A stretch of 64,000 nt of DNA from a phage: NCBI GenBank assembly GCA_025812035.1, contig GCA_025812035.1_4719.1; one strand, given 5' to 3'. Below the pieces are notes generated by a model that worked only from the letters and a program-made list of their open reading frames with translations, made no database searches and was not told where the DNA came from. The position numbers and the translations under genes are program-made. Within the stretch, counting starts at the first letter, position 1; every line of letters begins with the position of its first letter. Of the stretch, positions 9,425-17,685 are shown one piece after another.

Positions 9425-10222
9425 TTAACGTGTTCTCCTATCACGGTGGGTATATGACTGAAGACCAATGTCCATATGCGGTAACGTCAATGTCTGCCAG
9501 ATCTGGCGTGCGTAACGATCGAGCGTATGATCGTTGGTAACACAATCAACGGGTTCAATGAGGTGAGTTGTATACTGGCTTTTCTCAGAGAAAGGTTCGA
9601 TGTTGGCCGTATCCCCTAATCCGCTTTTCACCGTGAAGACGAGACGTGTGATTATCATCGCCTTATGTTGCTGTTCGTTATAGCGAAGGCTACGATATAC
9701 CGCATAGCTTCCTCCTTTTAAGCTTCGGGTATAACGAAGATCGGAGGTTGTCTCGGAAATCTGATACAACATCCAATCCAACGTATCTCGCCAGTACGCA
9801 TCATCCACATCAGGAACCGTGATACCGTACCGCGTAGGCAGCAAATCTAAAAGCAGTTTATACAGTCCGCGACGTAAGCCATGCTCTTCTGTTTCCGATA
9901 AACCGTTTCCAACGTAACGTGAGATACGTGTACGTAAATACATACGGATGAACATGTTTGCCATCAGCGATTTCGCGCTACTACTGGTGTCCTCGAAACG
10001 ATCGACGCTGAAACTCGTTTCAATCAACCGTCCATTAAAATACAACGCGGCAACGTACATCGCATTACTGCTATCTCGTTCGATGTTTAAACGACCGCAG
10101 ATGTTGGCTGCATCATTCATGGTAAATTCTAATTTATCATGTTCGATACGGTAAATAATATCTTCTTGGGTTGCCAGGCTCGCGATGCGGCGGTAGCCCG
10201 GAGAAGTGCGTTTTACACTCAT
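9425..10222 (-). CDS. hypothetical protein
   Basis: ORF in track; preceded on coding strand by hairpin-UUUAUGCCGU module at 10255-10289. Confidence 0.55.
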   Translation of the reverse strand: MSVKRTSPGYRRIASLATQEDIIYRIEHDKLEFTMNDAANICGRLNIERDSSNAMYVAALYFNGRLIETSFSVDRFEDTSSSAKSLMANMFIRMYLRTRISRYVGNGLSETEEHGLRRGLYKLLLDLLPTRYGITVPDVDDAYWRDTLDWMLYQISETTSDLRYTRSLKGGSYAVYRSLRYNEQQHKAMIITRLVFTVKSGLGDTANIEPFSEKSQYTTHLIEPVDCVTNDHTLDRYARQIWQTLTLPHMDIGLQSYTHRDRRTR

Positions 10223-10254
10223 GATTGTCCTCGTTTTTCAATTTAAGATTACAT

Positions 10255-10289
10255 ACGGCATAAACCCTCCCCGCCTTATGCAGGGAGGG
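10255..10289 (-). terminator. hairpin followed by UUUAUGCCGU (terminator with possible overlapping promoter box)
   Basis: CCCTCCC/GGGAGGG stem; coding-strand RNA reads hairpin then UUUAUGCCGUAUG, 37 nt before the next ATG. Confidence 0.5.
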
Positions 10290-10304
10290 TAGCCATTGAA
10301 TGGA

Positions 10305-10943
10305 TTAACCTAATTTACCACCGGCGATGTTGGTGAAATCTTCGCCGTCAGGAACTTGCAATAGAATACGTGCCATGTCCCAGTTGGTTAGTGTGATTGC
10401 TTTATCATCGATACTCAGTTCTGGTAGGTCGAGTTCATGATCGTCAAACTCGTAGGAAATACTCCACGTTTCATCTGTTTTAGGATCGGTTATCAGCACA
10501 CCGTCTGTTACACGCATGTAGTCCGGATGCAGCTCATTACTGAATGTGCTGAACGGATCGGTGTAACATTCAGCATACCCCTCGATCTGCTGACGCTGCG
10601 CCTTCGTACGTAAATCAGGGCACGCCATGATGAGTTGTCGGGATATGCCGTTTGCAGCTCGGAAATCCTCCACGGTGTTACATGGCATAACCACATCGTC
10701 GTGGAAGATGTTCTCCGATTGTCTCAGCAAAGTCTTACGGAGTTCAGCATAGTTTATCTGATTGAATGCGTCGAACGTTGCTAACGATTCAGCGTAAAAA
10801 TGCTTTACGTGTTCGCTTGCGCCGCCGAGACTATTCATCAACTTGTGACCGTACTCCATGAAACTTTTATCGAGACCGGAGGACATTTCTCCGAACCTCA
10901 GTGCACGATAACTGTCTCGTCCACCTGTAAATATTTGCGCCAT
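10305..10943 (-). CDS. hypothetical protein with RNAP beta C-terminal-like GGRxxYxxLRFGEM motif
   Basis: N-terminus MAQIFTGGRDSYRALRFGEMSSG resembles bacterial beta-subunit GGKAQFGGQRFGEME; own AAGGAGG Shine-Dalgarno 8 nt upstream; match is short and could be chance. Confidence 0.35.
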   Translation of the reverse strand: MAQIFTGGRDSYRALRFGEMSSGLDKSFMEYGHKLMNSLGGASEHVKHFYAESLATFDAFNQINYAELRKTLLRQSENIFHDDVVMPCNTVEDFRAANGISRQLIMACPDLRTKAQRQQIEGYAECYTDPFSTFSNELHPDYMRVTDGVLITDPKTDETWSISYEFDDHELDLPELSIDDKAITLTNWDMARILLQVPDGEDFTNIAGGKLG

Positions 10944-10958
10944 TACAGGCGTCCTCCT

Positions 10959-11198
10959 TTAGCAATGGTTGTTAGTTGCTTCTATTTCGTCAAGATAAGG
11001 TTCTACGTCATCGCCCTCCACGAATTCGTTGAACCAGCAGTCAATGGTAGAAATAACCGGTGACTGGTGTTCACATTTCTTAGATACCTTAAAAGGTACG
11101 TTATTATCCATCATACCGAGTTCGGGTCGAAAACGCCCGAAATGTTTCGCAGTCCAAATGTCTGGGACGATATGGTTGTTCATCGTGGTGTTCAGCAT
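10959..11198 (-). CDS. RNAP beta-prime-like segment downstream of the catalytic motif (putative 3' exon or separate polypeptide)
   Basis: Translation ...TTMNNHIVPDIW...ELGMMDNNVPF parallels E. coli beta-prime [29 protein letters not shown] that directly follows NADFDGD; in-frame stop 2 codons upstream of the annotated ATG. Confidence 0.4.
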   Translation of the reverse strand: MLNTTMNNHIVPDIWTAKHFGRFRPELGMMDNNVPFKVSKKCEHQSPVISTIDCWFNEFVEGDDVEPYLDEIEATNNHC

Positions 11199-11574
11199 GA
11201 GTCGCTACCTCATACCCGCAGCTTTACCTGCAGCTTCCGGTGTTACCGGAATGTCCAGAATACATCTTATCCATATTCCAAATGGAACGTAGGACTTCCG
11301 CGCTGGATCTCGCTTGAGACCACGTATTCGTTGAACCTGCGTTGTTTCACATTCTTGCAAACAAGAATGCCGTATTGCTACGCAACAACCAGGCTGCTGA
11401 TCGAACATTGTCATGTACGGTAGGCATCCCCGAAGGGACTGTCATTGAAGCCGCGTACATCCGCTACCTTGTTTCTACCTTATCGGTTCCTCTTACGAGG
11501 CGTAGCGGCCTTAGCCCTTCCCAGCAATTCACGGAATCCAAGCTCTTCCTTTCGGAAGGCAGGGCCTATGATTA
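11184..11574 (-). other. possible second intron or unexplained 390-nt spacer between the DGD micro-exon and the downstream beta-prime segment
   Basis: Contains GGTTCAACGAATACG (R-like) and AAGATGTATTC (S-like); ends ...ACG before ATGAACAACCAT; no convincing P1 pairing found by eye. Confidence 0.25.
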
Positions 11575-11587
11575 AGCGTCACCGTCG
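11575..11587 (-). other. candidate 13-nt micro-exon CGACGGTGACGCT completing NADF-DGDA
   Basis: Only GAYGGNGAY in the interrupted region; lies 20 nt after the endonuclease stop; joined to exon 1 at the proposed splice site it gives GAC TTC GAC GGT GAC GCT, restoring NADFDGD. Confidence 0.35.
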
Positions 11588-13028
11588 CTTACGTGCACCG
11601 ACGTTTATTAACTCATGGTTATCCACTGAAATACGGCGTTAGGGAAATAATCCTTCTTGCCGCGTTTTGAGATTTGCAATGCCATATTACTCGGAGACAA
11701 TCTGTAATGCCATGCTGCTTCATCGATAGAACTAAACTTCTTTGTTTCGCCGTTATCAAAGATGATTTTCAACGCTAGTTTAGGTAAATCGTCTTCCGTT
11801 TCTACTAGTTCGAAAGAATCGATATTCTCTGCCAGCGTTAACGGATCAACAGGTAATATCAGCCAACCAGCACGCTGCAATCCTCCACGTAGACTAATTT
11901 GTTTATTCAACGCAGGGGTAGCCATGCCAACTAACTTAGCAGCCAGCTTGCGGTCTTTAATATAAAGACGATAATCTCCGGTATTATTAATAGCATACAC
12001 ACCAAAGTTATTGAACGATACCTTTCCAGCATCGGAACTAGTAAAGCCTACAAAGTCGTGGCTGTCGGTAGCCACGTCGTATTTAAATGCTAATGGCTTG
12101 TTTCGACTGCCGCTAAGATACTTCTTGGCTGTAGATACCGATATGTTGAGATATCGTCCAATAGCATTCAAACTTTCTAGTTCGATGATTTCTCCTGTCA
12201 ATATGTCCTTTAACCGAACATTACCCATCGGTATTGGTGGTTTACCGACATAACCCAATTCACGATATGCGTGTTTCAAGTTATCTGAATCAGTAGCCCA
12301 TTCCAAATTTTCTAGTCTGTTATCCCAACGCACTCCATTAAGATGATTAGGGACACGACGGATTATACCTGACGTCGGATCTGGGTTAAATGTTTCAAGG
12401 ACGATCTGATGATGGTATTTCACTTTGTTGTTCCTAGTGAAAGCGCGATAGTTGTTTTTGCCCGACTTGGGTGGTTCAGTACGAAACAACACTGTCAGAC
12501 TAGACACATCTACTATCGTACCGTTCTTATTAACAACGATACCATCAAAACCATTAACAGGACGATAATCAGACAAACAATCTTCAGAAATTGCCTGTCC
12601 AACTAAAGGTTCACTCAATTTGACCTCCTTTATAAAAGAAGTCGGTGCACGTAATTATCGACTATATCTTCATCCTCGTTGCGAGGAGTCTCCCGTTTTG
12701 GTCTGTGTTTAACAGAGCCTACTCTACTCGACATCGCGTCTTTCGATAGTCTGTGAGCACACATCTTAACGAACATTCGTGGATTCCTAAGCAGGTGAAC
12801 GTTCTTGTTGAGATGCTTCGCTGCGGATTATTCCCGTCCTACCTCTTTTACCATACCCAGTTCATTACGCTGGCCCTCATCTGTGTCACCACGATGAGTT
12901 GGTGTGTAGTCCGATTACAGAAACTTCCCGTCAATTAGAGAGTTTTAACTACGTTCCTGTTACCAGAAACCCGACTCCGACGATATCAATTAAATCAACG
13001 TAAATTATTGATTTAATTGAAGAAACTG
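11588..13028 (-). mobile_element. putative group I intron carrying the HNH homing endonuclease ORF, inserted in the beta-prime catalytic motif
   Basis: Coding-strand elements upstream of the endonuclease ORF: CAGACTATCGAAAG (plus 12741-12753, R-like) and AAGATATAGTCG (plus 12659-12670, S-like); candidate guide sequence GAGTCGG (plus 12971-12977) pairs with exon end CCGACTT with a terminal U-G; proposed 5' splice after GACTT and 3' splice after GTAAG; boundaries are inferred. Confidence 0.5.
11608..12618 (-). CDS. HNH homing endonuclease (TTG start)
   Basis: HNH motif KYHHQIVLETFNPDP...NHLNGVRWDNRLENLEWAT plus C-terminal helix-turn-helix-like DNA-binding repeats; no in-frame ATG, starts at TTG with AAGGAGG 5-6 nt upstream; sits inside the interrupted beta-prime gene. 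Confidence 0.8.
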   Translation of the reverse strand: MSEPLVGQAISEDCLSDYRPVNGFDGIVVNKNGTIVDVSSLTVLFRTEPPKSGKNNYRAFTRNNKVKYHHQIVLETFNPDPTSGIIRRVPNHLNGVRWDNRLENLEWATDSDNLKHAYRELGYVGKPPIPMGNVRLKDILTGEIIELESLNAIGRYLNISVSTAKKYLSGSRNKPLAFKYDVATDSHDFVGFTSSDAGKVSFNNFGVYAINNTGDYRLYIKDRKLAAKLVGMATPALNKQISLRGGLQRAGWLILPVDPLTLAENIDSFELVETEDDLPKLALKIIFDNGETKKFSSIDEAAWHYRLSPSNMALQISKRGKKDYFPNAVFQWITMS

Positions 13029-14284
13029 AAGTCGGCATTATAACCTTTCAAGATCATCACGCTTAACCCGATGGTGTTATCCTGCGGATCGCGTTTAACC
13101 TTGGTGATTTCAAGACATTGGTTACTGCTTCGGTCAAGTGATGGATTTCGAACAAAACCACACACAATCCCATCAAACGGTGTATCAGCAATAAGCTCAT
13201 CGTGCAGCTCGCTCATCATCGGATGATAATTACGGACATGTTCCGCAACGAACGCACGTGCTGCTCTTGGTGAATAACCACGATGGAATAACTTGGATTG
13301 GATATGTTCTTTATTGGTTAATGTAAATGGCGCGTATGGGAAATGCAGATGATAATAACGATGGTTCGCTGTTATCGAACTGATTACGGTACGCGTGGTG
13401 AATGGATGTAATGTACCTAATATGTTTTTACGTGTGATACCTTTCTTCTTACCGATGAACTCATCGAAAATCGCCGAGTGGTACTGCAGCAGCTTCAGTT
13501 GTACTTTCGCCATCCAGTTTTCTTTCTTTCTGGCGCTCAAAGGTGTTGTTGGGTGATAGATACTATTCAATGTACCGATAGCATCGATCGCACCTTCCAT
13601 TTTGCTATCTGCATAACGACCGGTTGGTGTATTCTCGATAACGAACATCATGGCGGCAGGAAAACTGATATACTGGCTGAAGAACTTATCGCGATGAATG
13701 CGGGTGAATTCTCGTAGCGTATCAACTTTCTCCGTGTTCTTCGGTCCGCGTAACGTAGGTCCTTTATACAAGATCTCCATGATGCGATCGAAGTTCTGTA
13801 TAAAGCTATTTATCCCACGTCGTATCCCGAATACATCGAATTGCTGCTCCAGATAGTTCTTGAGTTCGATGGGTCGTTTTACGTTTGGACGGTAACTGGC
13901 ATCAATGAGCCACGTCATCGTTTCAAAGCTTTTGATATTCAACTCGCTTGCCAGCACGAGATGGACCAACGGGTTAATAAACGCATCAATTCCTTCAGGA
14001 ACACGCGCCCAAACCGTCGAACGAATCTCTTGTTCTGCTGGGTAGGTTACAACCGTTTTACAGTTTGGACACACCGTGCCAAGCAGCTCACCACGATTGT
14101 AGAAACCACATCCACATTGTGGTGTGATATCCAACGTATCGCTGGAGTAAACACGGGTGATAAAACTGTTTAATTTCTTCTTCTCTTCGACGACTTTTGT
14201 GTCGTAATCATTCAACAAAATAGGCGTAAAAGGAAGTTCTGCGAGCTGTCTATCGAAACTCACGATATCGAGCATGATGGCCAT
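13013..14284 (-). CDS. multisubunit RNA polymerase beta-prime N-terminal portion (exon 1), ORF runs into intron
   Basis: Zinc ribbon CGCGFYNRGELLGTVCPNCKTVV (compare E. coli [23 protein letters not shown]); GKKKGITRKNILGTLHPFTTRTVISS (compare [23 protein letters not shown]); frame ends GYNADF-SFFN-stop, i.e. inside NADFDGD. Confidence 0.75.
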   Translation of the reverse strand: MAIMLDIVSFDRQLAELPFTPILLNDYDTKVVEEKKKLNSFITRVYSSDTLDITPQCGCGFYNRGELLGTVCPNCKTVVTYPAEQEIRSTVWARVPEGIDAFINPLVHLVLASELNIKSFETMTWLIDASYRPNVKRPIELKNYLEQQFDVFGIRRGINSFIQNFDRIMEILYKGPTLRGPKNTEKVDTLREFTRIHRDKFFSQYISFPAAMMFVIENTPTGRYADSKMEGAIDAIGTLNSIYHPTTPLSARKKENWMAKVQLKLLQYHSAIFDEFIGKKKGITRKNILGTLHPFTTRTVISSITANHRYYHLHFPYAPFTLTNKEHIQSKLFHRGYSPRAARAFVAEHVRNYHPMMSELHDELIADTPFDGIVCGFVRNPSLDRSSNQCLEITKVKRDPQDNTIGLSVMILKGYNADFSFFN

Positions 14285-14326
14285 GGGGTATCTCCTACAA
14301 ATGAAAAAGAACGTTAGGACGTATAA

Positions 14327-14350
14327 GGGAGGGAGGTTGCCCTCCCTCCC
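14327..14350 (-). terminator. terminator-like hairpin after the 631-aa gene
   Basis: GGGAGGGAGG-TTGC-CCTCCCTCCC perfect 10-bp stem. Confidence 0.5.
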
Positions 14351-14376
14351 GTCAGATTACATCGAACGTTCTTCCA

Positions 14377-16272
14377 TTAGAACAGGTTGAATGCCCCACC
14401 CATGTTGTTACCACCAACGTTCGGACGATCGCTGCGTGCGTAGATGCTACCGGAGATATTACCCAGACCACGAGCACGTGCTGCCATGTTACCACGAACA
14501 GCGGTACCCGCCAGATGCTGGATATTCTCAGGACGGATGGTGAAGCCAGCTTCAGCAGCTGCTTCAATCAACGCAGCAAGCGCTTGCGGTTCGAAGTCGT
14601 AACGCATTGCCCAACCGGTTTGTTCCCAGCTACCAGACAGAACACGATCGATGATTTCGTGACGAGCGACAACACGCTGAGACATCGACATATCGGTACG
14701 GTCGAAGCTGTCTTCCCATGCTTCTACGGTATCCGGGTTAGTGATGTTCATCATGTACAGATCGTCCATATCGCGAATATCGTGACGGTTACCATCCTGG
14801 TGGTTGTAGTGACCCAGCGGGATACGGTTACCGGTAGCGTAGACCAGCGGTTGACCGTATTGATATTTCTTGCTGAAGCAGCCCAGGGTAGTATCATCGA
14901 AGGCACGGAAGAGTGCTTTGTAACCTTCAGAGACTTCCCGAACATCAGCCTCAACATTACCCGTATAGATCTTCTCAGCCGCCGGGATCATACGCAACAG
15001 CCAGCTGTATTCGCCTTCTTCCGGCACGTCGATAGAAATCAGCAGGGACGGATACAGTACCTGTTGCAGGAACTTGTAAATCTGCTCATTGGTTTGAGTA
15101 GACAGATCCAGCGGTGCGGTAACTTCCGGATCCAGCACCATCGCCAGAGCACCCGGGTTATGCGGACCGATACCACGAGCAGCGTTGCTGATTAAAGACT
15201 GCGCCCATGCCATGCCGCTGTTCAGCGTAGCAATGGTACCAATCAGACCCAATACAAAAGTATTCGGTGTGAATGCGTCCAGCTCCAGCGGGTAAGCGCT
15301 GGTCATCACGTAACGCGGCTGGTATTGTACAGTCGGCGGTACCGGATAACCGTTAACCAGAACAGGACCTTGGTTGAAGGTCGGGTTCTGCGGGCTGTAG
15401 GTCAGGTCGATATAGCCGGTAGTTGCGACCAGACGCTGCTGGCTATCGTAATCGCTCATCGCTTGACGGATGCGGTTAGAGATAGTTACAGTGATGTCGG
15501 AACGCACTGGGTTACCAACGATATCGCTGTCCTGCATACCGCTGGTGTTATACTGAACGCTGCTGATCGGCTGATCGCTTGCCATCATGCCCAGGTTGAA
15601 CTGCGGCAGGCCCAGTTTATCACCGAGACGGATTTCGATTGCGGTTTGGATTGCGTTATCTGCAGCAGACAGCAGGGTGGTTGCCAGGTGTGCAGATTCA
15701 GCGGTGATTTCATTGGTCACCACAGCCAGACCAGCGATACGAACAGTACCATTAGCCTTGCCACCAATAGCCGCATACATTGCCGCCATGACTTCGTTGA
15801 TGAACGTGCCGTTCAGGTTATCAACCCAGGTACGCGGTACCAGAATGTTACCATGCGGACCTTGTTCTTCACGACGCGGCAGCGGAGCCAAACCGGCAAC
15901 CAGCGGAAGCACATAACCGAAGAAGTGGTTATGATCACCAACTTTCGCACCACTCATAACCACCAGGGTCGGATACGGTACACTGTACTGACCAGGATCG
16001 ACAGTCACCATGATGAAGTCGTCTTTAAAGCCTTTATCTTCCAGTTCTTTTTCCATCAGACGACGGAGGTTCAGTACTTGCTCAGAACCGGTGTTACGGC
16101 TAATACGACGACTCAGTGTACGGTTGATCGTACGCATCGTATGAGTCACTTTAGGCTGGCCAGCAAAGTCTGCAGCGGTTTCCAGCGCTTCATCTGCACG
16201 TTGTGCGGTGCGGGTTTCAGCTGCACGAATTTCTACATTATCGTTACCGTTTTTACGTACGTCTAAGCCCAT
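14377..16272 (-). CDS. candidate phage-nucleus shell protein (chimallin-like), otherwise abundant early protein
   Basis: 631-aa monocistronic unit between TATATTACC box (16345-16353) and terminator hairpin (14327-14350), adjacent to the zinc-ribbon beta-prime gene as chimallin is in phiKZ; length is close to described chimallins as I recall them; no sequence-level confirmation. Confidence 0.4.
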   Translation of the reverse strand: MGLDVRKNGNDNVEIRAAETRTAQRADEALETAADFAGQPKVTHTMRTINRTLSRRISRNTGSEQVLNLRRLMEKELEDKGFKDDFIMVTVDPGQYSVPYPTLVVMSGAKVGDHNHFFGYVLPLVAGLAPLPRREEQGPHGNILVPRTWVDNLNGTFINEVMAAMYAAIGGKANGTVRIAGLAVVTNEITAESAHLATTLLSAADNAIQTAIEIRLGDKLGLPQFNLGMMASDQPISSVQYNTSGMQDSDIVGNPVRSDITVTISNRIRQAMSDYDSQQRLVATTGYIDLTYSPQNPTFNQGPVLVNGYPVPPTVQYQPRYVMTSAYPLELDAFTPNTFVLGLIGTIATLNSGMAWAQSLISNAARGIGPHNPGALAMVLDPEVTAPLDLSTQTNEQIYKFLQQVLYPSLLISIDVPEEGEYSWLLRMIPAAEKIYTGNVEADVREVSEGYKALFRAFDDTTLGCFSKKYQYGQPLVYATGNRIPLGHYNHQDGNRHDIRDMDDLYMMNITNPDTVEAWEDSFDRTDMSMSQRVVARHEIIDRVLSGSWEQTGWAMRYDFEPQALAALIEAAAEAGFTIRPENIQHLAGTAVRGNMAARARGLGNISGSIYARSDRPNVGGNNMGGAFNLF

Positions 16273-16337
16273 TTGGGATTCCTCTTTTCTTAAACTTTAT
16301 TAAATGACGTCATTGAATCAGCTTCTACTCGCTCATT

Positions 16338-16367
16338 CACCTAGGTAATATAACCCTGAAATTTTTT
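16338..16367 (-). promoter_or_regulatory. TATATTACC-box promoter-like element (class E)
   Basis: Plus-strand CCTAGGTAATATAACCCTGAAATTTTTTT, 73 nt upstream of the 631-aa gene. Confidence 0.5.
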
Positions 16368-16526
16368 TCAATATTGGTGTAACCGTATTGAACGATATAA
16401 ACCCCTAGGTGAATGCTGCCGAGAAGCAACATTCTTTCTACATATAATCAGGATATGTCTGTAAACTTTTACTTCTCTTATTGAGAGTAACATCATATCC
16501 GCTTACTACCTTCTTACGGAGTTCGT

Positions 16527-17621
16527 ATGTTTCGTGTTTTAAATAACCTCCCGCGAACATCATCGGGTGTGCAACCCATCCCTCAGAAAGACTATCTGAT
16601 ACGCGAAGTTCAAAGAAACCTACAAACAATCCAGAACCACTATCAGGGTTTTACCTTCGCGGTTCAGAGTGATCACATCCTTGCGTTGCTGCTCGCACAG
16701 CTCCCTATGAGATACGACATCTCTGTACAAACTTACTACGACATGATTCTCGATCTTACACCAGAATTGGGTAATCGTGTTAAGTTGACAACATCGAGAT
16801 ACGCAGGTAAGTTATTCGACGGAGCTTTCTATCCGGGATTGCATGAAGCCATCATCGCAACCGGTGAAAGCCGTCTTATTTCACGGGATGTTCTTGACAA
16901 CTGGCGTAATTGGTCACCGGTTAGAATCGTGACGCACCCGTACGCAAATCTTCGTTACATTCCTCTTCACCGAAAACAGGTTGAAGAAGGACGAGGTTTC
17001 GCGGTCATCATGGTCGATGTACCTTTATTAGCATTACAGTATCGAATGTGGTCTTTGGTCATGGGCCATAACGTCGACGGTAAATGGGTGGTTAAAGAAC
17101 CGGTTACGAGCTTCCTTGCGAGTTTTCCATTGGTTAACGCATTATACTCACACAACGATGTTGTCATACGCAACCGTTGTTTGTGGGTACCTCCGGCTAA
17201 GAATCCACTCAAGTCGCCGATTTACGTTAACGACCTGGATAACGTATTCAGTCAAGTCGTGCTGTCCGTACAACATCATTTATTACGAAGAAGACGAAGC
17301 TACACCGACATGCTTAAACAGATACCGAGTTTATACGGGGATCAGTACCAAGCAACCCGAATGGGCTACACCGTCGATCTTCGACAAACCCGATGGGCAA
17401 GGGATCTAGGCTGTATGTCATTATGGCAGCAGCTCGTCACACTGCAAAACGTATCTGAAAGCGTCGGGTTCAGCAGTCAAATCGATAATGATCTGTACCG
17501 CGCCGCCGACCGGAGTCTGAAAGAAGGTAGCTGGGAATCCTCTCCGTTACCCGGCGATTTGCGGCGTGAAGTTATCGCACAGGTTGCCGACCTCTTAAAA
17601 ATTCTTCCTGCTGGGACATAA
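16527..17621 (+). CDS. hypothetical protein
   Basis: ORF in track; plus-strand gene bounded 3' by a bidirectional hairpin at 17625-17677. Confidence 0.5.
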   Translation: MFRVLNNLPRTSSGVQPIPQKDYLIREVQRNLQTIQNHYQGFTFAVQSDHILALLLAQLPMRYDISVQTYYDMILDLTPELGNRVKLTTSRYAGKLFDGAFYPGLHEAIIATGESRLISRDVLDNWRNWSPVRIVTHPYANLRYIPLHRKQVEEGRGFAVIMVDVPLLALQYRMWSLVMGHNVDGKWVVKEPVTSFLASFPLVNALYSHNDVVIRNRCLWVPPAKNPLKSPIYVNDLDNVFSQVVLSVQHHLLRRRRSYTDMLKQIPSLYGDQYQATRMGYTVDLRQTRWARDLGCMSLWQQLVTLQNVSESVGFSSQIDNDLYRAADRSLKEGSWESSPLPGDLRREVIAQVADLLKILPAGT

Positions 17622-17624
17622 TCA

Positions 17625-17677
17625 CCTCATCCCTTTCCTTGCATCCTCCCAACCCGTAAAGGGAAGGGAGGATGAGG
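17625..17677. terminator. bidirectional terminator-like inverted repeat between convergent genes
   Basis: CATCCTCCC ... GGGAGGATG plus outer CCTCATCC/GGATGAGG pairing. Confidence 0.45.
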
Positions 17678-17685
17678 GTATTATG

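Noticed and set aside
11445-11642. Small plus- and minus-strand ORFs inside the interrupted beta-prime region (e.g. 11445-11642, 11205-11414, 12753-12938)
   Set aside because: Lie within the proposed intron or spacer RNA, lack RBSs and have low-complexity translations; more likely non-coding structured RNA.
15325-16266. 313-aa plus-strand ORF antisense to the 631-aa gene (and similar antisense ORFs 14515-15195, 15587-15916)
   Set aside because: Wholly embedded in a stronger opposite-strand gene, Cys/Arg/His/Thr-rich antisense-type composition, no RBS; treated as frame-shadow artefacts.
14377-16272. 631-aa gene as major capsid protein rather than chimallin
   Set aside because: Not excluded, but the promoter box and isolated early-region context next to the non-virion-type beta-prime gene favour an early abundant protein; kept as chimallin candidate at low confidence.
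16380-16450. Sigma70-like -35/-10 hexamers (TTGAAC ... TATAAT) upstream of plus-strand gene 16527-17621
   Set aside because: Spacing between the hexamers is about 49 nt, far from the 16-18 nt required.
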